From: a virus
Taxonomy: Duplodnaviria > Caudoviricetes
Reading direction: 5' to 3' (one strand)
DNA length: 46,439 bases
Virus record (IMG/VR): IMGVR_UViG_3300048562_000013
Coordinates: 1-46,439 of that record
The position numbers and the translations under genes are program-made. Below the pieces are notes generated by a model. That model made no database searches. It saw only the letters and a program-made list of their open reading frames with translations, and was not told the origin of the DNA. Below are positions 34,464 to 42,983 of this stretch, one piece after another (positions within the stretch are counted from its first letter, which is position 1; each line of letters begins with the position of its first letter).

Positions 34464-35806
34464 TATTTCAGCCAGCGCACCCGCGACACCTCGGCGCCAT
34501 TCTCCAGCCTCACGCCCTCCAGATCATACCGCAGCCTGGTCTTGTCGCTGCCCAGATTGCCGCCGGCGATCGAGAGCAGGCGCGACGCTTCGGCGGGCCG
34601 CTGCTTCGCCAGCGGGTGATCGGGATCGACGCCGGCATTGAGTATCATGCGGGCGCGCTGGGCATAGACCTTCGGGCCGCCGAGATGCTCGGCGCTGTCA
34701 CCGCGCTTGCCGGCTTCCTTGTGCATGATGCCGAGCAGGGCGATGCCGTTCGCTTGGCAATAGTCGAGCAAGGGCCGGAGCTTGGCGCGGGCTTCGACCT
34801 GGCGCGCTGCCTCCGCGCCGAACATCTCCCGGAAAGGCGACAACACGATCAGTCGCACAGTGTCGAGCTTGGCGACCTGGCGCTGCAGCTCGCGCATGCC
34901 ATCGGCGCTCGACAGATCCATCGGCACCGATGCCGCCAGAACGCGGCGCATATCGGCGCCGGCGGCGATCAGGCGGCCCCGCGTGACCGGCTCGGGATCT
35001 TCGGCCTCGATCACCAGCGCCGAGCCGGGCGCCTCTCCGGGCGCTCCGCACGGCCATGCGGCGCCGCGCGTCACTCGTGCGACGATATCGAGCGCCACGG
35101 TGCTCTTGCCGGCCTTGGGCGCGCCCATGATCGCGGTGAACTGTCCCGCGGGCAGGATGCCGGGCCAAAGCCAGGGCAATGGTGCCGCATCCATCTGGTC
35201 GCCGCGCTTGAAAGCATCGTCGACCGGCGCGTCTTGGCCGCTCGCGCGCAGCCGATCTCCGACCAGGTGGTAAGCCGGCGTCTTGATCGGCGGCAACCAG
35301 GTCACCGGGAATCGCCCGGCGAGCCGGATGCCGGTCTGGCGAAACATGATGGTGCCCGGCAGCGGCACCGGCTCCCCGACGGCGTCCTTGCCCTTCTGGG
35401 CCTTGACCAGACGCGTGACCAGGCGCCGCGCTTGCGCCTCCTGGATCGGCGCAGCCAGCTTCCAAATGCAAGTATAGTCGTCGGCGCAGAGCATCAGCTG
35501 CGGCGGCGGGTCAAGTGCCGCCGGGCTGCCCTGCAGCGGCACTCGGCCGGCGATCCAGCTGTGACCGCCCTCGGCGATCGCCGGCAGCATCGCGAACACC
35601 GACCGGCCGGCCAGCTGGTGCCCCCTGATCCACTCGACCATTGGCGCGGCCGTATTCGGCCCGAAGGCGCGCGGCGTGCCGCCGCTGATCAGCCGCCACG
35701 GCGGCGCGCCCAGTCGCTTCAAGAATGCAATTGCTAGTTGTGGGTTCAATCCTGGCAGCGTCGGGCCGAACGTTCGGACGGGTGATCGCATTGCATCCTT
35801 CAGCAT
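34463..35806 (-). CDS. Degenerate RepB'-primase / AAA_25 (RepA-like) helicase fusion
   Basis: PWLWPG.LP.G, GAPKAGKST, WP.G, EAED, RLIAAGAD, LIVLSP, IMH; N-terminal PPPQ..WKL..P...LPGT resembles RepB' primase. Confidence 0.75.
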   Translation of the reverse strand: MLKDAMRSPVRTFGPTLPGLNPQLAIAFLKRLGAPPWRLISGGTPRAFGPNTAAPMVEWIRGHQLAGRSVFAMLPAIAEGGHSWIAGRVPLQGSPAALDPPPQLMLCADDYTCIWKLAAPIQEAQARRLVTRLVKAQKGKDAVGEPVPLPGTIMFRQTGIRLAGRFPVTWLPPIKTPAYHLVGDRLRASGQDAPVDDAFKRGDQMDAAPLPWLWPGILPAGQFTAIMGAPKAGKSTVALDIVARVTRGAAWPCGAPGEAPGSALVIEAEDPEPVTRGRLIAAGADMRRVLAASVPMDLSSADGMRELQRQVAKLDTVRLIVLSPFREMFGAEAARQVEARAKLRPLLDYCQANGIALLGIMHKEAGKRGDSAEHLGGPKVYAQRARMILNAGVDPDHPLAKQRPAEASRLLSIAGGNLGSDKTRLRYDLEGVRLENGAEVSRVRWLK

Positions 35807-35889
35807 GCAGAGCCTATGCCGAGCGCCATGCTCAGCTACATTGTAACATTCGACGCTTTACAAAAACGCGAGAATGACGATCCGCGAAA

Positions 35890-36026
35890 AGTCCAATGGG
35901 ACCGTCCTCATGGATGATCCCATGGGCGGATATCCGCCCATCCTCCCACTGATGCTCCCACTGTGCATGCGTTATCCTCCCTCTCCGCATGCACATCATG
36001 CAGTGCATGATTTTCCCGATTATCGG
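35890..36026. repeat. Palindrome and short-repeat cluster (putative ori/binding region)
   Basis: ATGGGCGGATATCCGCCCAT (35922-35941), TGTGCATGCG/CGCATGCACA, ATCATGCAGTGCATGAT, CTCCCACTG x2. Confidence 0.6.
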
Positions 36027-37124
36027 TCATGCCCTATGGGGTGTGCCAGCTAAACCATCGGTTGCAGGCTCGAATTCGACATCGATCGGATCGGACTCGG
36101 CGGTGAAGCGGATGCCGGTATAGAATTGGCCGCCAGACTTGATCTTGCCGATCCGTCCGCCTGATGCCGAAGCTCGAGATGTGAGCAGGTCGCCGAACTT
36201 TTTCGAGCTGAGCGGCGGCTGCGCATTCATCCGGCATGTCTGCGCATAGTCCTCATAGGCGGCGCTCGCCGACAGCCGCCCGGCGGGATCGTAGACGATG
36301 CGGCCATTGAACCAGCTGTCGAAGACGGCTTGTGGCGTGAGGATGGCGCCCGCAGCATCGGGCATCATGCCGGCCGCCGCTCCGCCGGTCGAGGGCGAGG
36401 CCTCGGAATTCGGCAGGCGCACGGCCTCGGCGATGCCGAGCATGGCGAAGCGGGCGATCCATCCGCAGCCGGCGACGGCGACGAGACCAAGCAGTGCCAG
36501 GATGACCGTCCCGCCCGTCGTGGCGGGCCTGCTGTCGAACCAGCTCTTTGTGGCTCGGCTGTACCGATCACAGCGCTCAGCCTGCCATGTGTTCTCCGGG
36601 GCCGTGCAGCGCCCACTATGGCGCCACATCGCCTCGCTGATGCCGTAGCGCTCGCGCTGCTCGATGACGCGGGCGCTCTCGATCCTCGATTTCGGCGGTC
36701 CGGAGAGCGTGGCGGCATAGATGACGCCGATCGCCGCGACGCCCGCCGCAATGCACCACGCGACCAGGACCAGGCGCGCTTCATGGGGATAGTTCCGCGA
36801 CGTCGTTGCATGCACGAGCGGCAGGCCGACGACGGCAAGCGCCAGGCCGACGGCCACAAGGATCGCCACGGCCTTGTCGCCGGGCGTGGCGCCGATGCTG
36901 CCGGCCGAGACGACCAGCCAGATCGCGACGCCCGCGCCGAGCAGGATCGAGGCGAGCCCGACCGTGCGGCCGATGGTATGAGCGCCGAGCTCGGCGACGT
37001 CGCGGGCATCCCGCCTCGTCTGCGCCGCTTGCGGCTGGGTGATGACGATGGGCGCCGCCGGGACTTGGTAGGGCGGATAGTGCGGCGACGGGCTCGGGTA
37101 ACCCGGATAGAGAGGGTATGTCAT
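36027..37124 (-). CDS. Multi-TM protein with a C-terminal D5/P4-primase-type winged-helix
   Basis: About four TMs; FDSWFNGRI.YDPAGRLSASAAYEDY...C.......SSKKFGDLL...KIKSGGQFYTGIRF. Confidence 0.75.
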   Translation of the reverse strand: MTYPLYPGYPSPSPHYPPYQVPAAPIVITQPQAAQTRRDARDVAELGAHTIGRTVGLASILLGAGVAIWLVVSAGSIGATPGDKAVAILVAVGLALAVVGLPLVHATTSRNYPHEARLVLVAWCIAAGVAAIGVIYAATLSGPPKSRIESARVIEQRERYGISEAMWRHSGRCTAPENTWQAERCDRYSRATKSWFDSRPATTGGTVILALLGLVAVAGCGWIARFAMLGIAEAVRLPNSEASPSTGGAAAGMMPDAAGAILTPQAVFDSWFNGRIVYDPAGRLSASAAYEDYAQTCRMNAQPPLSSKKFGDLLTSRASASGGRIGKIKSGGQFYTGIRFTAESDPIDVEFEPATDGLAGTPHRA

Positions 37125-37666
37125 CTGCGTCTCCGCCTCCCATGGCGTTCAAAGATGTCATTGAGGCCTTCTTCGACTAAATCAGCGACGATCGCGCCGA
37201 TTTCGTTGGCGACTTGTCGGATATTCGCTCTTATTTCGGCTAGATCGGTCAGCTCAAAGACTTCGCTTGTTTCATCGATCGGGAAGGTCTTTTTAGCCTT
37301 GGCTCGTCGGGTAGATGGCGAGTCATCCGCGATCCCGACCAAGTGCAATCCGACATAAAAAACGGAGCCGTTGGATTTCATTTTGCCAACTTTGGCATTC
37401 CTCAACACGTAGGCACTGAAAAGGTCGCCAAACTTCTTATGAGATGTACAAAGCGCGCTCCTGGCGCGATAGCTCTCATACGCATCGCTCGCTTTGATGC
37501 GGCTGCCGGCGTTGAACGTTACGGACGCTGCAAACCATTTTTCGAAGGCCGCTATCGTTGCGGCTTCGTCCTCGAAGCGGGCCAACGTCACCGCGTGCCG
37601 CTCCATCAGATTGGCTAGATGGCCGACCGGGCCGATTGGCTCTCCGTTGATCGTCTTGATTGGCAT
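37121..37666 (-). CDS. Soluble D5/P4-primase-type winged-helix protein
   Basis: FEKWF...GSRIKASDAYESY...SHKKFGDL...KMKSNGSVFYVGLHL; clearly paralogous to the adjacent gene's C-terminus. Confidence 0.75.
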   Translation of the reverse strand: MPIKTINGEPIGPVGHLANLMERHAVTLARFEDEAATIAAFEKWFAASVTFNAGSRIKASDAYESYRARSALCTSHKKFGDLFSAYVLRNAKVGKMKSNGSVFYVGLHLVGIADDSPSTRRAKAKKTFPIDETSEVFELTDLAEIRANIRQVANEIGAIVADLVEEGLNDIFERHGRRRRR

Positions 37667-37715
37667 CAATGCCGTTCCTTTCATCGGCGGGAGGCCGCGA
37701 AAGGACGGGCCAACC

Positions 37716-37949
37716 CTAGTGCATTGTCTCAGCCAGCTCGCGGCTGATGGTGCGGGTCCTCGCTACGAGCGACCGCGCGGTGAGTTCCATGAAGTCGCGG
37801 AAGGCGTCGGGGGCCTCGTCCGGCCCCATGCCATGCGCCGCCATGATGCGGCACATGCATTCGGTGAGCGCCGCAAGGGCTGCCGGCGGCGCCGCGTCAT
37901 CGCAAAGGCGAAGCAAGTCATCATGAAGCTCTTCTTGAAATAACGGCAT
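37716..37949 (-). CDS. Hypothetical protein
   Basis: GGAGG SD; first gene of the wH operon. Confidence 0.6.
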   Translation of the reverse strand: MPLFQEELHDDLLRLCDDAAPPAALAALTECMCRIMAAHGMGPDEAPDAFRDFMELTARSLVARTRTISRELAETMH

Positions 37950-38328
37950 CAAGTCACCTCCAACATTTGGAGTATACTAGCCGTCAATCTGCGCTAAATA
38001 TAGGAAAATCTTAGGGATTTGCTTCAGCTCAGCAGCATCGTTGCCGATGCCCAGAATAGCGCCAGCAGCCCGACGCCCATGAATGCGAGCAAGCCATAAA
38101 GCACCCGGTCACTGTCCGGAGGGATGAAGGCGTGATCGCCGGTGTCGAGCCGGCTCTGCCAGCCGGACTCGTCGTGGTAGTCGGCACCGTCGTCGGAACT
38201 TTCGGGGAACCCGGTGTGCCGTATTTTGTGCGGCACTGGTGTCGGAATTGGCGCTTTTGGCGAACGGTTGGTGAACGCGTTATGGCCAACGCCGCGTTGA
38301 AAATCCGTTGCTGTGCTTGGATTTTGCT

Positions 38329-38372
38329 TGGTTGGGGGACTAGGACTCGAACCTAGATTGACGGAGTCAGAG
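38329..38372 (-). mobile_element. attP core = 3' half of tRNA-Gln(CTG)
   Basis: Minus strand CTCTGACTCCGTCAATCTAGGTTCGAGTCCTAGTCCCCCAACCA: anticodon loop CTG, T-arm and CCA; no 5' half; 10 bp from the integrase stop. Confidence 0.9.
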
Positions 38373-38382
38373 ATCATAATCG

Positions 38383-39531
38383 CTATCCTTTCGCGTTGCT
38401 GGATATGCGTTGCGTGGCAAGGGATTTGTTAGAAGTCCGCCGATCTTCAATCTTGAGAACGTGCCGGGATTTGTGCGACCGCTCGACAGCCTGATGAAGC
38501 TGGTCGACGCCGAGGAAGGCGTAGACCTTCTGCGTGACCTCCACGCCGCTGTGACCAAGCCAGGCCGAAACCTCCTCGATCGACATGCCGTCGTCGCGCA
38601 GCCGGCGCATGCCGCATGTGCGCCGGAGTGCATGGAAGCTGACCGGCGTGATCTGTGCCTCCTCGCAGCGCCGCTGCAGTGGAACATACATCTGCGAATA
38701 GCGTCGGCCGTCGCGATGCCAGAAGACGAGGTCGGTATGCCGCGAGCGGGGCAGAGCGGCGAGCAGCTTCAGTGAGCGCTTCAGGATCGGCACCGACCGG
38801 GCGCGGCTGTTCTTGGCGGTCGACTTCACCACGCGCGCCTCGCGCCGCTTCAGGTCGATCTCTGGCCAGCGCAGACTGAAAATCTCACCGTCCCGAAAGC
38901 CGGCATCGATGGCGAAGGCGAAAGCGGCCTCCTGCATCTGATAGCCGTGCCGATCGCGCGGATGGGTCGCCTCGCGCCGGAGCTTCTGCAAATGGTCGAA
39001 TAGCTGCTCTTCATCTGCGTTCGGCAGGAACTCGTCGCGGGGCTCACTCTCGACCAGCCCCCGCTTGCGTGCCTTGCGCAGATAGGCCTTCGCCGGGTTG
39101 ATCTCGATCCACTCCCAATCCTCGGCGAGTGAATAGACGAGTGCAAGGCAGACCAGGTCGCGGCGGATGGTGGAATTGGTGACGCCTGCGGCACGGCGCG
39201 CGACCTCGAAATCGCTGAGCGCCGCGCTGCCAATCTCATCGAGATATTTGCCGATCAGGTGCTCTGCGAGATTCATCAGACTGACCCGGTAGCGCTTGGC
39301 GGACGTTGGTTTGATCCGTGGAAAGTGCTCGTCGATGAAGCGATTGACGGCCTCGTCGAATTTGCGGCGCGGCTTGTCGCCCCATTTGCCGGCTTTGACA
39401 TCGGCGACGAAGCTCAGCAGCCGCTCGCCCGCAACTCCTTTAAGCGGCGTATCAAGGGAACGTCGGTACTCTTTGCCGCGGTACGAGACGCGCCCCCACC
39501 AGATTTCCCCCCGCTTGTAGATTTTGGCCAT
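38383..39531 (-). CDS. int: Tyrosine integrase
   Basis: GFRDGEI (R), KNSRAR (K), HALRRT (HxxR), LGHS, VYA (Y); N-terminal arm-binding region. Confidence 0.96.
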   Translation of the reverse strand: MAKIYKRGEIWWGRVSYRGKEYRRSLDTPLKGVAGERLLSFVADVKAGKWGDKPRRKFDEAVNRFIDEHFPRIKPTSAKRYRVSLMNLAEHLIGKYLDEIGSAALSDFEVARRAAGVTNSTIRRDLVCLALVYSLAEDWEWIEINPAKAYLRKARKRGLVESEPRDEFLPNADEEQLFDHLQKLRREATHPRDRHGYQMQEAAFAFAIDAGFRDGEIFSLRWPEIDLKRREARVVKSTAKNSRARSVPILKRSLKLLAALPRSRHTDLVFWHRDGRRYSQMYVPLQRRCEEAQITPVSFHALRRTCGMRRLRDDGMSIEEVSAWLGHSGVEVTQKVYAFLGVDQLHQAVERSHKSRHVLKIEDRRTSNKSLATQRISSNAKG

Positions 39532-39722
39532 GACTTCGACGCCCCCTTACCCCACCACTTCAGAAACCCCTCCCGCTCGAAACGCCAACCGGTGCGAGGG
39601 CCTTGCGGTTGGATTGCCCATTTCACCTGCTTATCCGCCGCGAGCCGAAGGAAATAGCGCTCGCTAAAGCCGGTCATCTCGGCGAGTTCGCGCGCAGTGA
39701 GCATAGGCTTTTCCGTGGTCAC
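39414..39722 (-). CDS. xis: Excisionase-like HTH protein
   Basis: MLTARELAEMTGFSERYFLRLA...GWRF; overlaps the int 5' end. Confidence 0.8.
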   Translation of the reverse strand: MTTEKPMLTARELAEMTGFSERYFLRLAADKQVKWAIQPQGPRTGWRFEREGFLKWWGKGASKSWPKSTSGGKSGGGASRTAAKSTDVPLIRRLKELRASGC

Positions 39723-41200
39723 GCGACGGCCTCCAATCCAAATACCGGCGCGGTATCGATCCGCTGGATCTGCGGCACATAGTTCGCCCGCACCAGCGCT
39801 TCCGCCATCGGCGGGCAGACGCTGTTGCCACACATCCGGATCGATGCCGTCTTGGTGAGGGTGATCTCATGGCCGTCCGGCATGACACCGCGGTCGACGA
39901 TGTAGCTGTCTGGGAAGCCTTGCGCGCGAAACAGTTCGCGCACGCTGAGCATGCGCATGCCGATATCGACGATCTCGTAGGGCTCCCCCTCGACCATGAC
40001 GAGGCCGAAGCGGGCTTTTGTGCTCGCGGTGTGCAGCGGATCGGCGATGTCCTGATCCTGGCCGCCGGTGCCGTAATACTTCATGAGGAAGGCGCGGACT
40101 TCGGCCTGGTGCCAGCCGCCGGCCGTCACGGTGCGCGCGGGTTCTTCCGGCGCCGACATACGGCGGTCGCTGCCCTTCATGTGCAGCAAGCCGGCAGAGA
40201 CGACCGCTTGCTGTGCGCCGGTGCTGGTCACGGTTGAGAGCGGATGGCGCGCATCGCGGGCAACGACGCCAAGATTGTGCTGGGCAAGAAATGCCGCCAC
40301 GAGCGCCTGTTCGCCGCGCTGCGCCGTGGTGATCGTCCGCAGCGGCTCGTCGACGTCATAGACGCGCTCGTCGCCCTGATGCGTGACCGGCACCAGAAAG
40401 GGCCTGGCCGCGTCGAGCACGTAGCGCTGCACGCCCTTGGCGATCCGCGCCATGGTAGCCTCGGCGAGCGGGCGATTGACGCCGGCGGCGCGGCCTTCTT
40501 CCCGCGTTAGAAAAATGCTGTGGCATGGCAGCGACCAGTCGATGATCTCGGCGGCGGTGCGCCATGGAAGCTTCCGACCGGCGATGACGTCCGGATCTGT
40601 CGGCTTGCCGTGCGTCGGCTTCGGCCAGACGATTTTTTGCCCGTCGCGCCTGGCGATCAGGAACAGCCGCTTGCGGATCGTCGGCGCGCCGTAGTCGCAG
40701 GCCCTCAGCTCGCGCCACTCGACGCGGTAGCCCAGCCGGCGCAGCTCGCTGACCCAGCGATTGAAGGTCGCGCCGCAGCGGTCGGGGCAAGGCTTCCATT
40801 TGCCGTCGACCGTGGCGATCAGTGGCCCCCAGTCGGCGAATTCCTCGACGTTCTCCAGGATGATGACGCGGGGGCGGACGCGCTTCGCCCAGAGCACGAC
40901 CGTCCATGCCAGATCGCGGATCTCGCGCTTGACGGGCTTGCCGCCCTTGGCCTTGCTGAAGTGCTTGCAGTCAGGCGAGAACCAAGCCAGCCCGACCGGG
41001 CGCCGGCCAACAACCTCCATCGGGTCGACGTGCCAAATATTCTTCGATAGATGCACGGTCTCCGGATGGTTCGCGGCGTGCATCGCGAGTGCTTCGGCGT
41101 CGTGGTTGATGGCGTAATCCGGGCCGCGGCCCAGCGCGAGCGCGATGCCGGTGCTGGCGCCGCCGCCGCCGGCAAAACTGTCGATGACGAGTTCAAGCAT
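39719..41200 (-). CDS. DNA cytosine-5 methyltransferase
   Basis: DSFAGGGGAS, SPDCKHFS, ENV, YGAPTIRKRLF, RMLSVREL..AQGFP, GNSVCP. Confidence 0.95.
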   Translation of the reverse strand: MLELVIDSFAGGGGASTGIALALGRGPDYAINHDAEALAMHAANHPETVHLSKNIWHVDPMEVVGRRPVGLAWFSPDCKHFSKAKGGKPVKREIRDLAWTVVLWAKRVRPRVIILENVEEFADWGPLIATVDGKWKPCPDRCGATFNRWVSELRRLGYRVEWRELRACDYGAPTIRKRLFLIARRDGQKIVWPKPTHGKPTDPDVIAGRKLPWRTAAEIIDWSLPCHSIFLTREEGRAAGVNRPLAEATMARIAKGVQRYVLDAARPFLVPVTHQGDERVYDVDEPLRTITTAQRGEQALVAAFLAQHNLGVVARDARHPLSTVTSTGAQQAVVSAGLLHMKGSDRRMSAPEEPARTVTAGGWHQAEVRAFLMKYYGTGGQDQDIADPLHTASTKARFGLVMVEGEPYEIVDIGMRMLSVRELFRAQGFPDSYIVDRGVMPDGHEITLTKTASIRMCGNSVCPPMAEALVRANYVPQIQRIDTAPVFGLEAVA

Positions 41201-41246
41201 GGATGATCGCCCATGCCCAGGGCTGGCGGATCGAGAGGGCTTTCAT
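41193..41246 (-). pseudogene. Truncated ASCH-domain gene (17 aa)
   Basis: MKALSIRQPWAWAIIHA* is the canonical ASCH start, stopping just before the expected GxKxxENR. Confidence 0.75.
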
Positions 41247-41551
41247 ATGGAGGCCTCCGGCTCCGACCAAGCGCCGCGAGCGATCAGCTCTCGCTTCCAG
41301 AGGTCTTGCATCTCCGGCGTGCAATGCGCGATCGCGTCCGCCCAGGTCGGCCAGCGGCCATGCTGGGCGTAGAAATGGTACTGGTAGCAGAGCGATTGCT
41401 GGTTGTGCGGCAGCTCCGGCGGGTGATCGACGGCGCATTCCGGGCAGGTGCCGGGCGGAGCCGGCGCAATGAAAAAGTCCGTCGTCTTTTTCTCGATCAG
41501 CTCGCCGGTGTCGACGCTCCGGATCTCGGTGGGGATCTTCAGCACTTTCAT
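41243..41551 (-). CDS. Hypothetical Cys/His-rich protein
   Basis: CPECAVDH..ELPHN...HGRWPTWADAIAHC. Confidence 0.75.
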   Translation of the reverse strand: MKVLKIPTEIRSVDTGELIEKKTTDFFIAPAPPGTCPECAVDHPPELPHNQQSLCYQYHFYAQHGRWPTWADAIAHCTPEMQDLWKRELIARGAWSEPEASI

Positions 41552-41739
41552 CGGGAAGCCTCCGCGCGCTTGCGCAGCCAAAGCAGATAACAGCCGCGCT
41601 TCTCTGCCTTCGGGCATCCATCCCACCAATGGTGGCAGGAGCCGGGGCCGGCCTGCGGGTCGCGACCGCAAGTGTGTTTACCCGGCGGCGGCGTCCATGT
41701 TTCTGTCGGCGACAGAGTCAATGGAAGTTGCTCAGCCAT
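41548..41739 (-). CDS. Small Cys-rich hypothetical protein
   Basis: Coupled to both neighbours; C..C...C...C. Confidence 0.55.
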   Translation of the reverse strand: MAEQLPLTLSPTETWTPPPGKHTCGRDPQAGPGSCHHWWDGCPKAEKRGCYLLWLRKRAEASR

Positions 41740-41932
41740 TGGCTCTCTCCAAATTGCGGCGCCGCCTCAAGGCAATGAGAAATCTAATGTCCGACACGAC
41801 GCACTGGGCGCCGCGCCAGGCCGCGAGGATCGAAAGTCCGATGATCAGTCCCCAAAGAAACAACGTCAGATCGCCGATGTACCAGGCGTATGAGCAGGGG
41901 GCGGAGGAGATGCCCTCGATGCGGATGATCAT
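41732..41932 (-). CDS. Small membrane protein
   Basis: TM LTLFLWGLIIGLSILAAW; ATGA coupling. Confidence 0.55.
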   Translation of the reverse strand: MIIRIEGISSAPCSYAWYIGDLTLFLWGLIIGLSILAAWRGAQCVVSDIRFLIALRRRRNLERANG

Positions 41933-42252
41933 GATGCTCTCTCCGGCATCTCATTGTGCTCGCGGCCATAAACGGCTGCAAAGGTTCGCAGAAGAGCTTC
42001 GAAGGCGTTCTCGCCCGGCTTAATGAGCTGGTCATAGGCGTCGGCTATGGAGCCGATGCAATGCCCGCACGCATTCTCTTCGGCGCGTTCATATGACCTG
42101 AGAGCCGCCACCGTCGTGATCAGCGGCCAGCGCGGGTCATTCCCGAGGGCTGCTTTGTCGACCTCTGACATTCCCTCGATAATCTCATTCACGCGCTCAA
42201 TGGTCAGATCGATCCGACGAGGCTGCGCGAAGACAATCCCAAGCTGCGTCAT
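41929..42252 (-). CDS. Hypothetical protein ending in REHNEMPERAS
   Basis: ATGA coupling at both ends. Confidence 0.6.
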   Translation of the reverse strand: MTQLGIVFAQPRRIDLTIERVNEIIEGMSEVDKAALGNDPRWPLITTVAALRSYERAEENACGHCIGSIADAYDQLIKPGENAFEALLRTFAAVYGREHNEMPERAS

Positions 42253-42285
42253 GATGCTCTCTCCGGCATCTCATTGTGCTCGCGG
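41929..42285. repeat. 37-bp exact direct repeat (41929-41965 and 42249-42285)
   Basis: TCATGATGCTCTCTCCGGCATCTCATTGTGCTCGCGG. Confidence 0.95.
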
Positions 42286-42608
42286 GCGTCGAGATTTGAG
42301 GTGTCAGGCTGGCTCTCAGCCGCAGGCGAGGCACCATCGCTGCGCTCTTCAGTCTGGCCGCACTGGTCTTTTGGGGCGGGCGGCATGGGCATCCAATGTG
42401 TCGGTTTGCCGAACTGGATCTCGCTGATTGAGCTGCAGCCATAATCTCCCGGCGAAGTTCCGGCCCACCACCAATCGCCGCCATAGTCATCATCGTGCCA
42501 TCGCGCTTCGCCCAAGACGGGTCCGCGAGGGCCGCCAGTAACCGCGAGGATGACCGGTGTGGCATCCTTTGGAGCGGTCTCGATCGGCAGCCAATCGATC
42601 TCAGTCAA
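42249..42608 (-). CDS. DUF551-like protein
   Basis: WLPIETAPKD...PTHWMPMPPAP. Confidence 0.85.
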   Translation of the reverse strand: MTEIDWLPIETAPKDATPVILAVTGGPRGPVLGEARWHDDDYGGDWWWAGTSPGDYGCSSISEIQFGKPTHWMPMPPAPKDQCGQTEERSDGASPAAESQPDTSNLDAREHNEMPERAS

Positions 42609-42834
42609 CGAAGTACCTCATGTCGTAGACTCTATTGCCGGCCGGCGATGCAGGGTGCACCTCCTGCAGCTCACGCTCGAATTGCGCATTGACATCGGCG
42701 TCAAGCGTCTGGGGGCTGACCATCGCCACCCATGCCAGGACCGGCACGCCGCCCTCCGTCTGGCCCTGCCAGATCCGCGCCGGCATGCCGTTCAGCTTGC
42801 CGATCTTGTCAGTGTTCTCGATGGTGATCTTCAT
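42601..42834 (-). CDS. Hypothetical protein
   Basis: MKITIENTDKI...PARIWQGQTEGGVPV...QFERELQE. Confidence 0.7.
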   Translation of the reverse strand: MKITIENTDKIGKLNGMPARIWQGQTEGGVPVLAWVAMVSPQTLDADVNAQFERELQEVHPASPAGNRVYDMRYFVD

Positions 42835-42983
42835 TCCTTCACCGTCTTGGGTTTGAGGTAGGCATAAGCAGCCGCATAGGCGGCGCCGACCACGCAGAAC
42901 AGAAACCAGAGGGCCTTCGCGACGATGCCGAAGGGCCAGATGATGATCCGCCCAAGGCGGTAGTCGCTCAGCGGACGTTTCAT
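42831..42983 (-). CDS. 50-aa membrane peptide
   Basis: Manual translation MKRPLSDYRLGRIIIWPFGIVAKALWFLFCVVGAAYAAAYAYLKPKTVKE*; ATGA coupled. Confidence 0.65.
   Translation of the reverse strand: MKRPLSDYRLGRIIIWPFGIVAKALWFLFCVVGAAYAAAYAYLKPKTVKE

Noticed and set aside
38329-38372. Complete tRNA-Gln gene
   Set aside because: Only the anticodon loop through CCA is present; the D-arm and 5' acceptor strand are absent, so it is an attP core
38024-38377. 117-aa ORF spanning attP
   Set aside because: Its N-terminus is a translation of the tRNA fragment and att arm; only the hydrophobic C-terminus looks coding, and I find no convincing start
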